Source: an uncultured Candidatus Saccharibacteria bacterium
GTDB lineage: Bacteria; Patescibacteriota; Saccharimonadia; Saccharimonadales; Saccharimonadaceae
Reading direction: 5' to 3'
Assembly: GCA_964368785.1 (NCBI GenBank)
Contig: CAYJCW010000003.1
Span: 71,704 to 135,703 of the forward strand
DNA length: 64,000 nucleotides
The notes under the pieces are model-generated. The model saw only the letters and a list, made by a program, of their open reading frames with translations, searched no databases and was not told the origin of the DNA. Shown here in pieces: positions 48,159 through 58,285 of this stretch. Numbering within the stretch: position 1 is the stretch's first letter; every line of letters starts with the position of its first letter. The position numbers and the translations under genes are program-made.

Positions 48159-48778
48159 TGGCTGAAGCAACAAAAACTCCAGCAAAGGCCGCAACACTTC
48201 CGAAAGAAGTCTTTGCAGTAGACGTGAAGAGTCACGACCTACTCAAGCTTGCATACGATGCCTATCTTGCAAACGCTCGTTTGAGCAGTGCAACGACCAA
48301 AACTCGCGGTGAAGTGAGTGGTGGTGGTAAGAAGCCATGGAAGCAAAAAGGTACTGGTCGTGCACGATTTGGTTCATCTCGTAACCCAATCTGGCGTGGC
48401 GGTGGTATCGTGTTTGGCCCCCGTGGCAACGAAAACTACAAGAAGAAACTTCCAGTAGCGGCAAAGCGCCAAGCACTTCGCCAGGCACTGACGCTTGCAA
48501 ATGAAGCAAAAAAGGTGCATATCCTTGACGTAAAAACGACAGGTAAAACTGCCGAAGTAGCGAAATTCCTTGCCGACAATAAGTTTACTCGTAAGGCACT
48601 GATTGTTGTTGAAGCAAAAACACCCGAACTCCTTCGTGCTACCAACAACCTCGAAAATGTCCTGCTTGTAAGCACAAAGTACCTGACGGTCTACCACATT
48701 CTTAATGCAGACCACATCGTCCTTTCTGCGGCATCGCTCCCAACGCTTAAAAGCTGGCTTGTAAAGGAGGAGGTGTAA
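48158..48778 (+). CDS. rplD: 50S ribosomal protein L4
   Basis: [20 protein letters not shown]. Confidence 0.98.
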   Translation: MAEATKTPAKAATLPKEVFAVDVKSHDLLKLAYDAYLANARLSSATTKTRGEVSGGGKKPWKQKGTGRARFGSSRNPIWRGGGIVFGPRGNENYKKKLPVAAKRQALRQALTLANEAKKVHILDVKTTGKTAEVAKFLADNKFTRKALIVVEAKTPELLRATNNLENVLLVSTKYLTVYHILNADHIVLSAASLPTLKSWLVKEEV

Positions 48779-48779
48779 C

Positions 48780-49124
48780 ATGGCTAAGAATCTTTCAACC
48801 ATTCTCGTTACTCCAGTAACGACTGAAAAGGCCTATGGCCTCAGTCAAAACAACATTTACGTATTTAACGTACCGGTTCAGGCAAACAAAAACGAAATCG
48901 CAGCTGCTATTAAAAGCCAATACGATGTCGAAATTGCCGCTATCAAGACACTTGTGCAATCGGGTAAGGCTGTTCGTTTTAGCCGTGGTAAAAACCGCTA
49001 CCCAGGTACAACCACTCGCCGTGATAGTAAAAAGGCGTACGTTACCCTCGCTGCAGGCAGCTCACTGGCTATTTTTGAACAGCCAGCTGAAGAAGCACCA
49101 AAGGCGAAGGAGGAGAAGAAGTAA
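48780..49124 (+). CDS. rplW: 50S ribosomal protein L23
   Basis: PVTTEKA, KKAYVTL; operon position. Confidence 0.95.
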   Translation: MAKNLSTILVTPVTTEKAYGLSQNNIYVFNVPVQANKNEIAAAIKSQYDVEIAAIKTLVQSGKAVRFSRGKNRYPGTTTRRDSKKAYVTLAAGSSLAIFEQPAEEAPKAKEEKK

Positions 49125-49963
49125 TGGCGATTAAGCAGTACAACCCAACAACGCCTGCTCGTCGTGGTATGACCTCTCAGGATTTGAGCGACATTACCAC
49201 TCGTAAGCCCCTTAAGAGCCTTACCAAGAGCAAAAAGCAAAACGCTGGCCGTAACAATGCTGGCCGCATTACCGTCCGTCACCGCGGCGGTGGAGTAAAG
49301 CGCCACTACCGTTTGATGAACCATAACCTGCCAGCGGGCATGGTGGTTACCGTTGAGCACATCGAGTACGACCCTAACCGTTCAGCTCGTATCGCTCGTG
49401 TGAAAGACCAAAACGGTCTTTACCACTACATCCTTGCAGATACTTCAATGACTGTAGGCAAGGTAATTAAAAGCGGTGCTGATGCTCCTATCGAGCAATC
49501 AAACCGCATGCCACTTGAAAACATTCCAGTGGGTACTCAAATTTACGCAATTGAACTTCACCCAGGTAAGGGCGCGCAAATTGTTCGTTCTGCTGGTACA
49601 AAAGCTCAGTTGATGGCTAAAGAAGGTGACTACGCGCTTGTACGTCTTCCTTCTGGCGAAGTCCGCAAGTTCCGTCTTGAGGCTACCGCTGCTATCGGTG
49701 TTGTCGGTAACGTTCAGCATCAAAATATTAAGATTGGTTCAGCAGGTCGCAAGCGACGCAAGGGTATTCGCCCAACCGTACGTGGTGTCGTTATGAACGC
49801 CGCAGATCACCCTCACGGTGGTGGTGACGGTGGTCGTCACGGTGCTGGTAAGGCGCCTCGCACACCTTGGGGTCAACTCACCCTTGGGTACCGCACCCGC
49901 CGCCGTAAGGACGTTGCTGGCCTGATTGTAAGGACGCGCCACGACGCGAAGAGGAAGAAGTAG
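49124..49963 (+). CDS. rplB: 50S ribosomal protein L2
   Basis: [20 protein letters not shown]. Confidence 0.98.
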   Translation: MAIKQYNPTTPARRGMTSQDLSDITTRKPLKSLTKSKKQNAGRNNAGRITVRHRGGGVKRHYRLMNHNLPAGMVVTVEHIEYDPNRSARIARVKDQNGLYHYILADTSMTVGKVIKSGADAPIEQSNRMPLENIPVGTQIYAIELHPGKGAQIVRSAGTKAQLMAKEGDYALVRLPSGEVRKFRLEATAAIGVVGNVQHQNIKIGSAGRKRRKGIRPTVRGVVMNAADHPHGGGDGGRHGAGKAPRTPWGQLTLGYRTRRRKDVAGLIVRTRHDAKRKK

Positions 49964-49967
49964 TATC

Positions 49968-50231
49968 ATGAGTCGATCACTTAAAAAAGGTCCATTTATT
50001 GACTTCAAGCTCGCGAAGAAAGTAGCGGCCTTGGGTCTCGAAGACCGAACAGTAATTAAAACCTGGGCTCGTGCCAGTACGATTACCCCAGAAATGGTGG
50101 GTCGTACAATTGCCGTGCATAACGGTAAGGTGCACGTACCGGTGCTTATCTCGGAAAACATGGTTGGCCACAAGCTCGGTGAGTTTAGCCCAACACGTAA
50201 GTTCCGTAAGCACGGAGGAAAGGCTAAGTAG
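49968..50231 (+). CDS. rpsS: 30S ribosomal protein S19
   Basis: [21 protein letters not shown]. Confidence 0.98.
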   Translation: MSRSLKKGPFIDFKLAKKVAALGLEDRTVIKTWARASTITPEMVGRTIAVHNGKVHVPVLISENMVGHKLGEFSPTRKFRKHGGKAK

Positions 50232-50232
50232 T

Positions 50233-50685
50233 ATGGCAGAAGTATCAAAGGTACGCTCATACGCAAAAGGCGTTGACCAAGCCCCCCGTAAGGTTGGGCT
50301 GGTTGCAAGCTTGGTGCGTGGCCGTTCAGTAGCTGATGCTATTGTTATCCTTACTCACACCCCAAAGCGCGCAGCATTGCCGGTACGTAAGGCAATCGAA
50401 AGCGCACAGGCAAATGCAGTCAATAACCATGGGTTTGACGGTAAAACTCTTGTTATTGAAACGCTCTCAGTTACCGTCGGTACTCGCTTGAAGCGATTTA
50501 ACCCTGCAAGCCGAGGCCGAGCATTGCCGTACCAAAAGAAGACGTCGAACATCTTGGTAGAGGTAACGGGCGAGTTGAAACCAAAGAAGGCTCCAGTGAA
50601 GGCTGCCGAGGCGAAGGCTGAGGCACCTGTAAAGGCTGCTAAAAAGCCTACTGCGAAGCCAGCGAAGAAAGAGGAGAAGAAATAA
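50233..50685 (+). CDS. rplV: 50S ribosomal protein L22 with a K/A-rich tail
   Basis: APRKVGLVA, AIESAQANA, PASRGRA. Confidence 0.96.
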   Translation: MAEVSKVRSYAKGVDQAPRKVGLVASLVRGRSVADAIVILTHTPKRAALPVRKAIESAQANAVNNHGFDGKTLVIETLSVTVGTRLKRFNPASRGRALPYQKKTSNILVEVTGELKPKKAPVKAAEAKAEAPVKAAKKPTAKPAKKEEKK

Positions 50686-51317
50686 TGGGACAGAAGGTTA
50701 ATCCAACTAGTTTCCGTCTTCAAGTTCACAAGAACTGGGACTCACGCTGGTTTGCCCACAAAAAAGACTTTTCTCGCCTGCTCATTGAAGATATTAAAAT
50801 TCGTGAGTTGGTTGAAAAGCGTTTCGAAAGTCGGCCAACGATTGCTCGTATCGAGATCGAACGCTCCGCCAACCTTGTGACGATTACGATCCATACTGCC
50901 AAGGCGGGTGTCGTGATTGGTCGTGGTGGCGCGGGCGTTACCGAACTCAAGGCTCAGATTGAAAAGATTGCGTCGCTTCCGGTTCGTATTAACATCGAAG
51001 AAGTAAAGCGCCCCGACCTTTCGGCTAAGCTTGTTGCTGAAAATATTGCACACCAACTTGAGCGCCGCTCGAACTTCCGGCGTGCGACTAAGATGGCCGC
51101 TCAGAACGTTATGACTGCTGGGGCTAAGGGTGTTCGTATCCAAGTTGCTGGGCGTCTTAATAATGCCGAAATGGCTCGCCGCGAAAAGGTAAGTGAGGGT
51201 TCAGTACCTCTCCATACCCTTCGTGCCGATGTTGATTTTCACACTGCGCGTGCCGCACTGCCTGGTGCTGGAATCGTTGGGGTGAAGGTCTGGATTTACA
51301 AGGGTGAAAGGGGCTAA
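50685..51317 (+). CDS. rpsC: 30S ribosomal protein S3
   Basis: [23 protein letters not shown]. Confidence 0.98.
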   Translation: MGQKVNPTSFRLQVHKNWDSRWFAHKKDFSRLLIEDIKIRELVEKRFESRPTIARIEIERSANLVTITIHTAKAGVVIGRGGAGVTELKAQIEKIASLPVRINIEEVKRPDLSAKLVAENIAHQLERRSNFRRATKMAAQNVMTAGAKGVRIQVAGRLNNAEMARREKVSEGSVPLHTLRADVDFHTARAALPGAGIVGVKVWIYKGERG

Positions 51318-51322
51318 TCGAT

Positions 51323-51736
51323 ATGTTGTTACCACGAAAAACCAAGTATCGAAAAGTTCGCAAGGGCACCAATGAGGGCAACGCTACCCGCGGTAATTAC
51401 ATCGCTTTTGGTGACTACGCGTTGCAATCACAGTCAAACAACGATATTACCTCACGCCAAATTGAGTCCGCTCGTCAGGCGATGACTCGTTACATTAAGC
51501 GTGGTGGTAAAATCTGGATTCGCATCTTCCCGCACACTCCACGTACTCGTAAGCCGCAGGATGTGAAGATGGGAAGCGGTAAGGGTAATCCAGAATTCTT
51601 CGTTGCTAAGGTGAAGGCGGGCACTGTGCTTTTCGAAATGAAGGGCGTGCCAGAAGAAATTGCTCGCGAAGCTATGCGTCTTGCATCACACAAACTTCCA
51701 GTGAAAACTAAATTCATCGTGAAGGAGCAAGCATAA
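51323..51736 (+). CDS. rplP: 50S ribosomal protein L16
   Basis: [16 protein letters not shown]. Confidence 0.98.
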   Translation: MLLPRKTKYRKVRKGTNEGNATRGNYIAFGDYALQSQSNNDITSRQIESARQAMTRYIKRGGKIWIRIFPHTPRTRKPQDVKMGSGKGNPEFFVAKVKAGTVLFEMKGVPEEIAREAMRLASHKLPVKTKFIVKEQA

Positions 51737-51975
51737 TGGCTGACGCGAAGAAAACCACGAAAAAAGCGACCGTAAAGGCTGCTGAGGTGAAGACCCTCGA
51801 TCAACTTCAAGAAGAGTTGGCGCAACTTCGCAACGACTACCGTGAATCACAGCGGAGCCACCAAATGGGCGAACTTGTGAACCCGCGCGTCCTTACCGTA
51901 CAGCGTAAAGCAATTGCTCGCGCCTTGACTGCGATTTCAGTCGCATCTAAGGAAGCCGTAAAGGAGGAAAACTAA
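51736..51975 (+). CDS. rpmC: 50S ribosomal protein L29
   Basis: NPRVL..RKAIARALT; operon position. Confidence 0.9.
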   Translation: MADAKKTTKKATVKAAEVKTLDQLQEELAQLRNDYRESQRSHQMGELVNPRVLTVQRKAIARALTAISVASKEAVKEEN

Positions 51976-51976
51976 T

Positions 51977-52285
51977 ATGGCAAAGACATTGACCGGTATT
52001 GTCACCTCTGATAAGGCTGACAAGACAATCGTGATTACGGTAACCAGCCGTGAAACACACCCTATTTATGGTAAGCAGTACTCTGTAAACCGTAAGTACA
52101 TTGCTCACGACGAGCAAAACGAGGCCCACGAAGGCGACCGGGTAACGATTAAAGAAGTTCGTCCTATTTCAAAGCACAAGTCGTTTACGCTTCAAAGCAT
52201 TGACGAACGTTCACACGGAAGCATTGAGCTAAAGAGTGACGGAGAAGAAGCACTTGCAGCGAAGGCTGAAAGCGAGGCAAAGTAA
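51977..52285 (+). CDS. rpsQ: 30S ribosomal protein S17
   Basis: [22 protein letters not shown]. Confidence 0.96.
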   Translation: MAKTLTGIVTSDKADKTIVITVTSRETHPIYGKQYSVNRKYIAHDEQNEAHEGDRVTIKEVRPISKHKSFTLQSIDERSHGSIELKSDGEEALAAKAESEAK

Positions 52286-52286
52286 T

Positions 52287-52655
52287 ATGATTCAGCAAGA
52301 AACTCGCCTTAAAGTGACCGACAACAGCGGTGCAAAGGAAATCCTTTGTATCCGCGTACTCGGGGGTACAGGCCGTCGCTATGCTGCGGTTGGTGACATC
52401 ATTGTTGCCACCGTAAAAGACGCCAACCCAACCGGAAATGTGAAGAAGAAGTCAGTCGTAAAAGCTGTCGTGGTTCGCACCAAGAACCAAATTAAGCGTA
52501 AGGATGGCAGTACCATTGCCTTCGACGATAATGCGGCAGTGATTATTAACGACGATAAAACCCCTAAGGGTACTCGTGTGTTTGGCCCTGTGCCACGTGA
52601 ACTTCGTGACCTTGGCTACGCCAAAATTATTAGCTTAGCGCCGGAGGTACTCTAA
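52287..52655 (+). CDS. rplN: 50S ribosomal protein L14
   Basis: [31 protein letters not shown]. Confidence 0.98.
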   Translation: MIQQETRLKVTDNSGAKEILCIRVLGGTGRRYAAVGDIIVATVKDANPTGNVKKKSVVKAVVVRTKNQIKRKDGSTIAFDDNAAVIINDDKTPKGTRVFGPVPRELRDLGYAKIISLAPEVL

Positions 52656-52656
52656 T

Positions 52657-52986
52657 ATGCCTGCAATGAAGCGTATTAAAAAAGGTGACACCGTAAAGAT
52701 TATCAGTGGTGCCGATAAGGGTACGACTGCAAAGGTGCTGGCGGTACTTACCACCAAGGGCGCCGTGCTTCTTGAAGGCATCGGCCAAAAACACCGGCAT
52801 GTTAAGCCAAGCCAACTTAACCCTCGTGGTGGCTCAAAGGACATTCACGTTCCAGTGCCACTGTCCAAGGTTGCATTGGTGGTAGATGAAAAATCTGGCA
52901 AAACTAGCCGTGTTGGGTATGTAAAAAATGATGACGGCAGCGTTATTCGTGTGGCGCGCGCACTCAAGAATAAGGAGATTAAATAA
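52657..52986 (+). CDS. rplX: 50S ribosomal protein L24
   Basis: IKKGDTVKIISGADKG. Confidence 0.96.
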   Translation: MPAMKRIKKGDTVKIISGADKGTTAKVLAVLTTKGAVLLEGIGQKHRHVKPSQLNPRGGSKDIHVPVPLSKVALVVDEKSGKTSRVGYVKNDDGSVIRVARALKNKEIK

Positions 52987-52988
52987 CT

Positions 52989-53108
52989 ATGGACAGCATG
53001 ATATTGTTAGTTATTCTTTTAGGAGTGACAATTGTTACCACGGTTGTCGTCGCGATTTCTGTCTCAATGAGCAAGAAATCTAAGAAAGATGATAAGGAGA
53101 ATAAGTAG
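52989..53108 (+). CDS. 39-aa single-TM peptide inside the spc operon (not in the ORF track)
   Basis: MDSMILLVILLGVTIVTTVVVAISVSMSKKSKKDDKENK; AAGGAG upstream; fills the whole rplX-rplE gap. Confidence 0.7.
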   Translation: MDSMILLVILLGVTIVTTVVVAISVSMSKKSKKDDKENK

Positions 53109-53109
53109 T

Positions 53110-53703
53110 ATGGCGAAACCAGCCACTCATACCGCTCCTCGCCTGAAAGCCTTGTATAGCGACACGTTCGCCAAGGAACTTCAAGCCGAACTCGGTCTCG
53201 AAAACATCAACCAGGTTCCAAAGCTTGAAAAAATTATTGTCAGTGCAGGAATTGGTAAAAATAAAGATGACAAGCAGCACTATGAAGTAGTGCGCAATAC
53301 CATCACTAAAGTAACCGGCCAGTCACCCGTTGACCGTATGGCTCGTAAGTCAATTGCTGGCTTTAAGATTCGTGCCGGCATGAACCGAGTAGGTATTAAT
53401 GTCACCCTTCGGGGTGCTCGCATGTACGAGTTTCTTGACCGCCTTGTCAACGTGAGCCTTCCCCGTGTTCGTGACTTCCACGGCATTAGCAATAAGGCTT
53501 TCGACAAGGGCGGTAACTACAACCTTGGTATCGTTGAGCAATCGATTTTCCCAGAGCTCACTTTTGAAGAAACGCAGCGTGCACACGGCCTTCAAATTAC
53601 CTTCGTTATTAAGAACGGAAGTAAAGAAGCAAGCAAGGCCCTGCTTGTGAAATTCGGTATGCCGTTTGAAAAGGAAAGCAAGAAAGAAGGAGGCGCACGC
53701 TAA
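53110..53703 (+). CDS. rplE: 50S ribosomal protein L5
   Basis: [16 protein letters not shown]. Confidence 0.98.
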   Translation: MAKPATHTAPRLKALYSDTFAKELQAELGLENINQVPKLEKIIVSAGIGKNKDDKQHYEVVRNTITKVTGQSPVDRMARKSIAGFKIRAGMNRVGINVTLRGARMYEFLDRLVNVSLPRVRDFHGISNKAFDKGGNYNLGIVEQSIFPELTFEETQRAHGLQITFVIKNGSKEASKALLVKFGMPFEKESKKEGGAR

Positions 53704-53972
53704 TGCCTAAAGTATCTGCAATTGCTCGCGACGAAAAGCGTAAGAAGATGATTCAAAAATACGCTGCTAAGCGGGCTGAACTAAAAGAACTTGGCGACCT
53801 TGATGGCCTTCAAAAGCTACCTCGGAATAGCTCGCCGACTCGCTGGAAGAACCGCGACGCGCTTCATGGCCGCCCTCATGGGTACATGCGCCGCTTTGGT
53901 TTGAGCCGTATTAACTTTCGAGAAAAAGCATCGAAGGGTGAAATCCCCGGTGTAACTAAGAGTAGCTGGTAG
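53703..53972 (+). CDS. rpsN: 30S ribosomal protein S14, zinc-independent C- form
   Basis: [23 protein letters not shown]; no Cys. Confidence 0.96.
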   Translation: MPKVSAIARDEKRKKMIQKYAAKRAELKELGDLDGLQKLPRNSSPTRWKNRDALHGRPHGYMRRFGLSRINFREKASKGEIPGVTKSSW

Positions 53973-53991
53973 AGAAAGGAGAGAACGAACT

Positions 53992-54393
53992 ATGTCACTA
54001 CAAACTACTGACCCAATCGCCGACCTCCTGACTCGTATTCGTAACGCAGTTATGGTTGGTAAGAACGAAATCACTGTTCCTTCAAGCAAGCTTAAGGTGG
54101 TGGTAGCTGAAGAACTCAAAAAGGCTGGCTACGTTGACGCCGTGAAGGTAGAAAGCGCAAAGCCTCGCGATATTTTGGTGGTTACCATTAACAAGCCAGG
54201 GGAGAGCTCAACAATAAACGAAATCAAGCGCCTTTCAAAGCCTGGACGCCGTGTGTATGTTAGTGCAAACGATATCCCTCGGGTAAAAAGCGGCCGCGGT
54301 ATCGTCTTGGTGAGCACCTCTAAGGGCGTTGTGACCGGCCAAGAGGCTGTTAAGCAGCGGCTTGGCGGTGAACTTCTTTTGAGCGTTTATTAG
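53992..54393 (+). CDS. rpsH: 30S ribosomal protein S8
   Basis: DPIADLLTRIRNA, SKPGRRVY, GGELL. Confidence 0.98.
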   Translation: MSLQTTDPIADLLTRIRNAVMVGKNEITVPSSKLKVVVAEELKKAGYVDAVKVESAKPRDILVVTINKPGESSTINEIKRLSKPGRRVYVSANDIPRVKSGRGIVLVSTSKGVVTGQEAVKQRLGGELLLSVY

Positions 54394-54409
54394 AGTAGCT
54401 GCTTTATAC

Positions 54410-54441
54410 AAAAAAGAACCTCGGTCTGCGGGGTTCTTTTT
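54410..54441. terminator. bidirectional terminator after rpsH
   Basis: AAAAAGAACC/GGTTCTTTTT. Confidence 0.8.
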
Positions 54442-54442
54442 A

Positions 54443-56887
54443 TTATTGTTTCCCCGCCTCTTTTTGCTGCGTATACCCACATCCATACCAAAAGTTGCTA
54501 CACCCATAAAATTCACCATTCGTACCACTGCGCATAATAAGGTATCCGCTATGGCAGGCTGGACAACGTGTCTGGCTCTCCTTGTTTTCGGGCTCAAGCG
54601 GGTCTAGGTTGAGTTCATCGACAAATGGTGATGGATTGTGCTCTGTGCAAATAATCGTCGTCGAAAGTTTTGCCCGGGTAAGCGCTACGTAAAAAAGACG
54701 GCGCTCTTCTGCGTTTGGGTACTCGTCTTTATGAGCAAGCAATAGGTGAAGGACAGGATCATCTTCTCGCATGGCTGGTATGCCCCTTGTACCACCGTTG
54801 CCGTTAAGGATAAACGCATAATCACAGGTTAACCCTTTCGAGGCATGCATGGTCATGAACTCGAGCGTCAGGCGAAAGCCGGTTCGTGTATCGGTCCATT
54901 CAACCATCGTGCCCATTTCATTAAGGGCACGGAATTGCAGACGAGGGTCTTGGTAGCCAAGAAGACGCTGAATATCATGCTTATAGCGGCCAATGAGAAA
55001 AATTGTCCTATGTCGTAGACCGTCTGTTCCTACAGTATCAATAAGTCGCTGGAGTTCCTCGCCAAGCGCGGTCGCATCATTATCCAAACCTGCCGTGCGG
55101 TTAACGGCTAATTTTGTCGTGGCAGGAAGTGTACTGTAGGGATTTTTTTGCACCTGCGAAGAGTTCTTCGTAATAAATGTGGTTGTCGCGCCAAGGAGCG
55201 GATTGTTAAAGCGGTGCGTTTGCTCAATAACGCTATGGCGAGTTGTGCGGGCGAATCGTTTCTCAAAATCGTTCAGCAATGTTAAATCGCTCCCGGCAAA
55301 GCGGAAAATAGATTGCCAGTCATCACCAACGGCAAATAATTTTGAGCGAGGGTTGCGGTCGAGAAGTGCTCTTAGGAGCCGGTATCGCGCGCCGGAAAGA
55401 TCTTGTACTTCATCAACCAAGATATAGTCATACTCCATTACGCCGGCTGGAAGCAACGGAAGCGTCTGCGCTGCGGTAACGATCATATCCGAAAAGTCGA
55501 TTGCATCAGCTTCTTGAAGTGAGGTCTCGTATAGTTCATAGATTTCTTCAAACAAAGCAAGAAAAGCATTCGTTCTGGCGCGCTGATAAACGTTTGGCAG
55601 TTCATGAAGACGCTTTCGAATGGTGGCTAGGCTAAATTCACTGGTTTTTAATAATCCAAGAAAAGAAATGAGGAGTGTATTAAATGCTGCCACCTCTGTG
55701 CTGTATGATTGATGAATAAGGGCGGCAATTTCTGACTCTTGTCGACGAATAATATGCACACCTTGAGCCTTCAGGCGTTTTTCGAGATTTTGAAGAACGG
55801 TTCCCTCTTGAAATTCATAACTAAACGTTTCAATAAGGCGCGTGCCGCCCTGACTATGATACTCGCGGTTCCATTTCATTTTACGGCGATAGTATTTGTA
55901 GTCTATATCAGGACGCGTTTTTCCTTGACGATTAATACCCTGATGCTCAAGATAGACAGGTTCTTTATATTGAGTAATAGTGAAATCGGGTTTGTAATTA
56001 CTATTTCCCGGAAAAGGCTTTTCATATTCGTAAGGAATAGAATTAATAAATAAGAAATTTGCAATAATTTGCTCTTCTTTTGAACGCACCCTCTCGCCGT
56101 GGTAGGTTTGCTTGTCTTGAGAGTAAGTACTTTTGTTCATCGACACGGGTTTTAGCGTATGAGTTTGAAAGACCCGGTTTCTTTGGACAAGCTCCTCAAG
56201 GGTCTTTACTTCAATGGGCGGTGTAGGCATCGAGAAGTAATTGAGAATATAGTCATTATAACGCCGCGCAAATGTCTCGCTATTTTCTATGCGGTCTTTA
56301 ATAATCTCGGTAAGCATAGCTTGCTGTTGAGTTTGGCTGACAACTTTGGCTTTCTTACCTAAAATGGTATTTCCAAGCGCGTGAAAAGTCTTGCCATCGA
56401 CAGCAATACCTAGCCTCTTAAGCCGCTCGGCAAGTTCATCAGCGCTTGCTTTGGTGAACGAAATAGTTAAAATACGCGCTGGGTTAATATGGAGTTCCTC
56501 CACAAGGTATTGGCACTTGGCAAGCAGGCTCAGTGTTTTACCACTCCCGGCTGCTGCCATAACGAGCTGCGCATCTTCAGTGGCTACGACGGCTTCGATC
56601 TGTTGGGCATCAAGGGGGCGCCCCTCTATAATAAAAGGCCGTTGCTGGGCAGCGGCAATTACCTTTTGGTTATGAGTCTGGCGCGTAGATTCGCTCCCAA
56701 GACGGTATGCCGCTCGCCTCGCCGCAGCGGTTGCTATAAACGAAAGGGGATGATGAAAAAATGCGCGTAAAGAGTGCGCTGCGGTGGGCTGAGGCGAGCG
56801 TGCCTCGGCAAGTTCTGAGAAACTAATAAATCGCTCGGTAGCATAAAGCTTTTGGAGTGCATCGGTGGGAGGGGGTGTAAGGGGCAT
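54443..56887 (-). CDS. UvrD/helicase IV-like SF1 helicase with nuclease-like insert and C-terminal topoisomerase-type Zn ribbon
   Basis: AAAGSGKT, ILVDEVQD, VGDDWQSIFRF, HASKGL, EERRLFYVALTRAK; YEYE...YKPDF...EHQG insert; CPAC...CSNF..C. Confidence 0.88.
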   Translation of the reverse strand: MPLTPPPTDALQKLYATERFISFSELAEARSPQPTAAHSLRAFFHHPLSFIATAAARRAAYRLGSESTRQTHNQKVIAAAQQRPFIIEGRPLDAQQIEAVVATEDAQLVMAAAGSGKTLSLLAKCQYLVEELHINPARILTISFTKASADELAERLKRLGIAVDGKTFHALGNTILGKKAKVVSQTQQQAMLTEIIKDRIENSETFARRYNDYILNYFSMPTPPIEVKTLEELVQRNRVFQTHTLKPVSMNKSTYSQDKQTYHGERVRSKEEQIIANFLFINSIPYEYEKPFPGNSNYKPDFTITQYKEPVYLEHQGINRQGKTRPDIDYKYYRRKMKWNREYHSQGGTRLIETFSYEFQEGTVLQNLEKRLKAQGVHIIRRQESEIAALIHQSYSTEVAAFNTLLISFLGLLKTSEFSLATIRKRLHELPNVYQRARTNAFLALFEEIYELYETSLQEADAIDFSDMIVTAAQTLPLLPAGVMEYDYILVDEVQDLSGARYRLLRALLDRNPRSKLFAVGDDWQSIFRFAGSDLTLLNDFEKRFARTTRHSVIEQTHRFNNPLLGATTTFITKNSSQVQKNPYSTLPATTKLAVNRTAGLDNDATALGEELQRLIDTVGTDGLRHRTIFLIGRYKHDIQRLLGYQDPRLQFRALNEMGTMVEWTDTRTGFRLTLEFMTMHASKGLTCDYAFILNGNGGTRGIPAMREDDPVLHLLLAHKDEYPNAEERRLFYVALTRAKLSTTIICTEHNPSPFVDELNLDPLEPENKESQTRCPACHSGYLIMRSGTNGEFYGCSNFWYGCGYTQQKEAGKQ

Positions 56888-56896
56888 GCGGTGTCT

Positions 56897-57388
56897 CTAA
56901 AAGGTCAAGCTATCTATTTCTTGCTGAATGGAGTGAAGCTCGTGCTCCATGGCCTGACTGCGCTGTTGCTCTTGCTGGTCGACCTCGTGTTGAAACTGCC
57001 CAAGCTGTTCGTCAAGCTGCCGAATTGTATTGGGGTCTTGTGCGTTTTGCCGTTGGCGCTCAAGGTCGCGCCGTTTTGTTCGCATATCGGCTTCAAAATG
57101 TGCTTTATCGTTCTGGAAGGTGTTCCGCACGCTTGCCTGCTTTGCGTGAAGGCGGTCAATGTACGTGTGCGTATCTTGAATTTGCTGTTTGAGTGCCGCG
57201 ATATCTCGTTCGAGCTGTGCTTTATGGTCTTTCTCGCGGCCTAGGTACCCACCAACGGCGGCGCCAAGAAGAGGGTTTTTAGTAAGCGCTGCTCCGATGC
57301 CCGCTCCGGTAAGCTTATTACCGACCGACTCAAGTTCCCGTTCTTTTTCGTGTAAACGGTCTTCTAGCTTTTGGATACTTTCTCTCAT
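56897..57388 (-). CDS. glycine-zipper plus coiled-coil protein
   Basis: GAGIGAA...GAAVGGYLG; Q/E-rich heptads; GGAGG RBS. Confidence 0.75.
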   Translation of the reverse strand: MRESIQKLEDRLHEKERELESVGNKLTGAGIGAALTKNPLLGAAVGGYLGREKDHKAQLERDIAALKQQIQDTHTYIDRLHAKQASVRNTFQNDKAHFEADMRTKRRDLERQRQNAQDPNTIRQLDEQLGQFQHEVDQQEQQRSQAMEHELHSIQQEIDSLTF

Positions 57389-57430
57389 GGCCCTCCTTTG
57401 TTTCTAGTATACCGTAAAGTGAGCACTATG

Positions 57431-57994
57431 CTATGTCGGACTCTTTTTTACGGCGTTAGCAAGTGTATCACCGATTGCATTGCCATATATTGAGGCAGGA
57501 ATATGGTTGCTCATAGTGCCAATAACGCTGAGCCTACCAAGCTGGTGCGATGCACTCATGAAGTGGGACCCATAACGAAAGGCAACTTCATAGGCCTTGC
57601 TAAGCGGCGTACGCTTTTCGGGGAGTGCGGTGTACATAATGCGTGCCAAAGCGTGGGTCCACAGGTAATAGGTGTCACCAGCGGCATCCTGGTAAGGCAC
57701 GGTATCGCTGGTAGATTTTGCGGCAGTGAGCGACGCCTGCCATTCACGCATAAGAGTGAGTGCCGTATCTTCTGACATGTGCGGTAGGCCATCAATGGCA
57801 GGGGAATCTCTCCATCGGGCAAAATGCCTGCTGGCAATAAATAAGTTCCACACTGCAGAAGGTATAGTCGGGGCGTGTTCAAGAGCAAGTCGCAGTTGTT
57901 CTGATGGCGTAACGGGCCCGTGCTTTGCTTGGTCGATAATTGCTTCGTGTAGGCTATCAACAACTTCGTAAGGGGTAGACATTGCCGTGGCCAA
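57431..57994 (-). CDS. hypothetical protein, start uncertain
   Basis: 187-aa ORF; the frame stays open well upstream without ATG/GTG/TTG. Confidence 0.55.
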   Translation of the reverse strand: MATAMSTPYEVVDSLHEAIIDQAKHGPVTPSEQLRLALEHAPTIPSAVWNLFIASRHFARWRDSPAIDGLPHMSEDTALTLMREWQASLTAAKSTSDTVPYQDAAGDTYYLWTHALARIMYTALPEKRTPLSKAYEVAFRYGSHFMSASHQLGRLSVIGTMSNHIPASIYGNAIGDTLANAVKKSPT

Positions 57995-58285
57995 GCCGTT
58001 ACGGTCACTAAATTGAAAGAGAACGTTTGCAAACCAGCTTTGCTGTTTGGTGGTAAGGGGGTCTGTTGAGGAAAGGGGAAGGAAGCTCTCAAGGTGTTGG
58101 CTTATCGTTTGAAGTGTGTCATCGAGCGGCGGGTGTGCGGGCTGCTTGACTGTTTCGTCCCAGTCGGCACGAACTGTTCGGTAGAGGGGTCGAAAAGGAG
58201 GAAGAGCAAAGGAAGCGGCGGTTATTCCGATATGTGCAAGCGGTAATTCGGCTGGCCGACAAGGGGGGTGGTATACTGGGCTAAT

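Noticed and set aside
50560-50685. Lys/Ala-rich tails on L22 and other r-proteins as repeats or insertions
   Set aside because: Low-complexity terminal extensions with no nucleotide-level repeat structure
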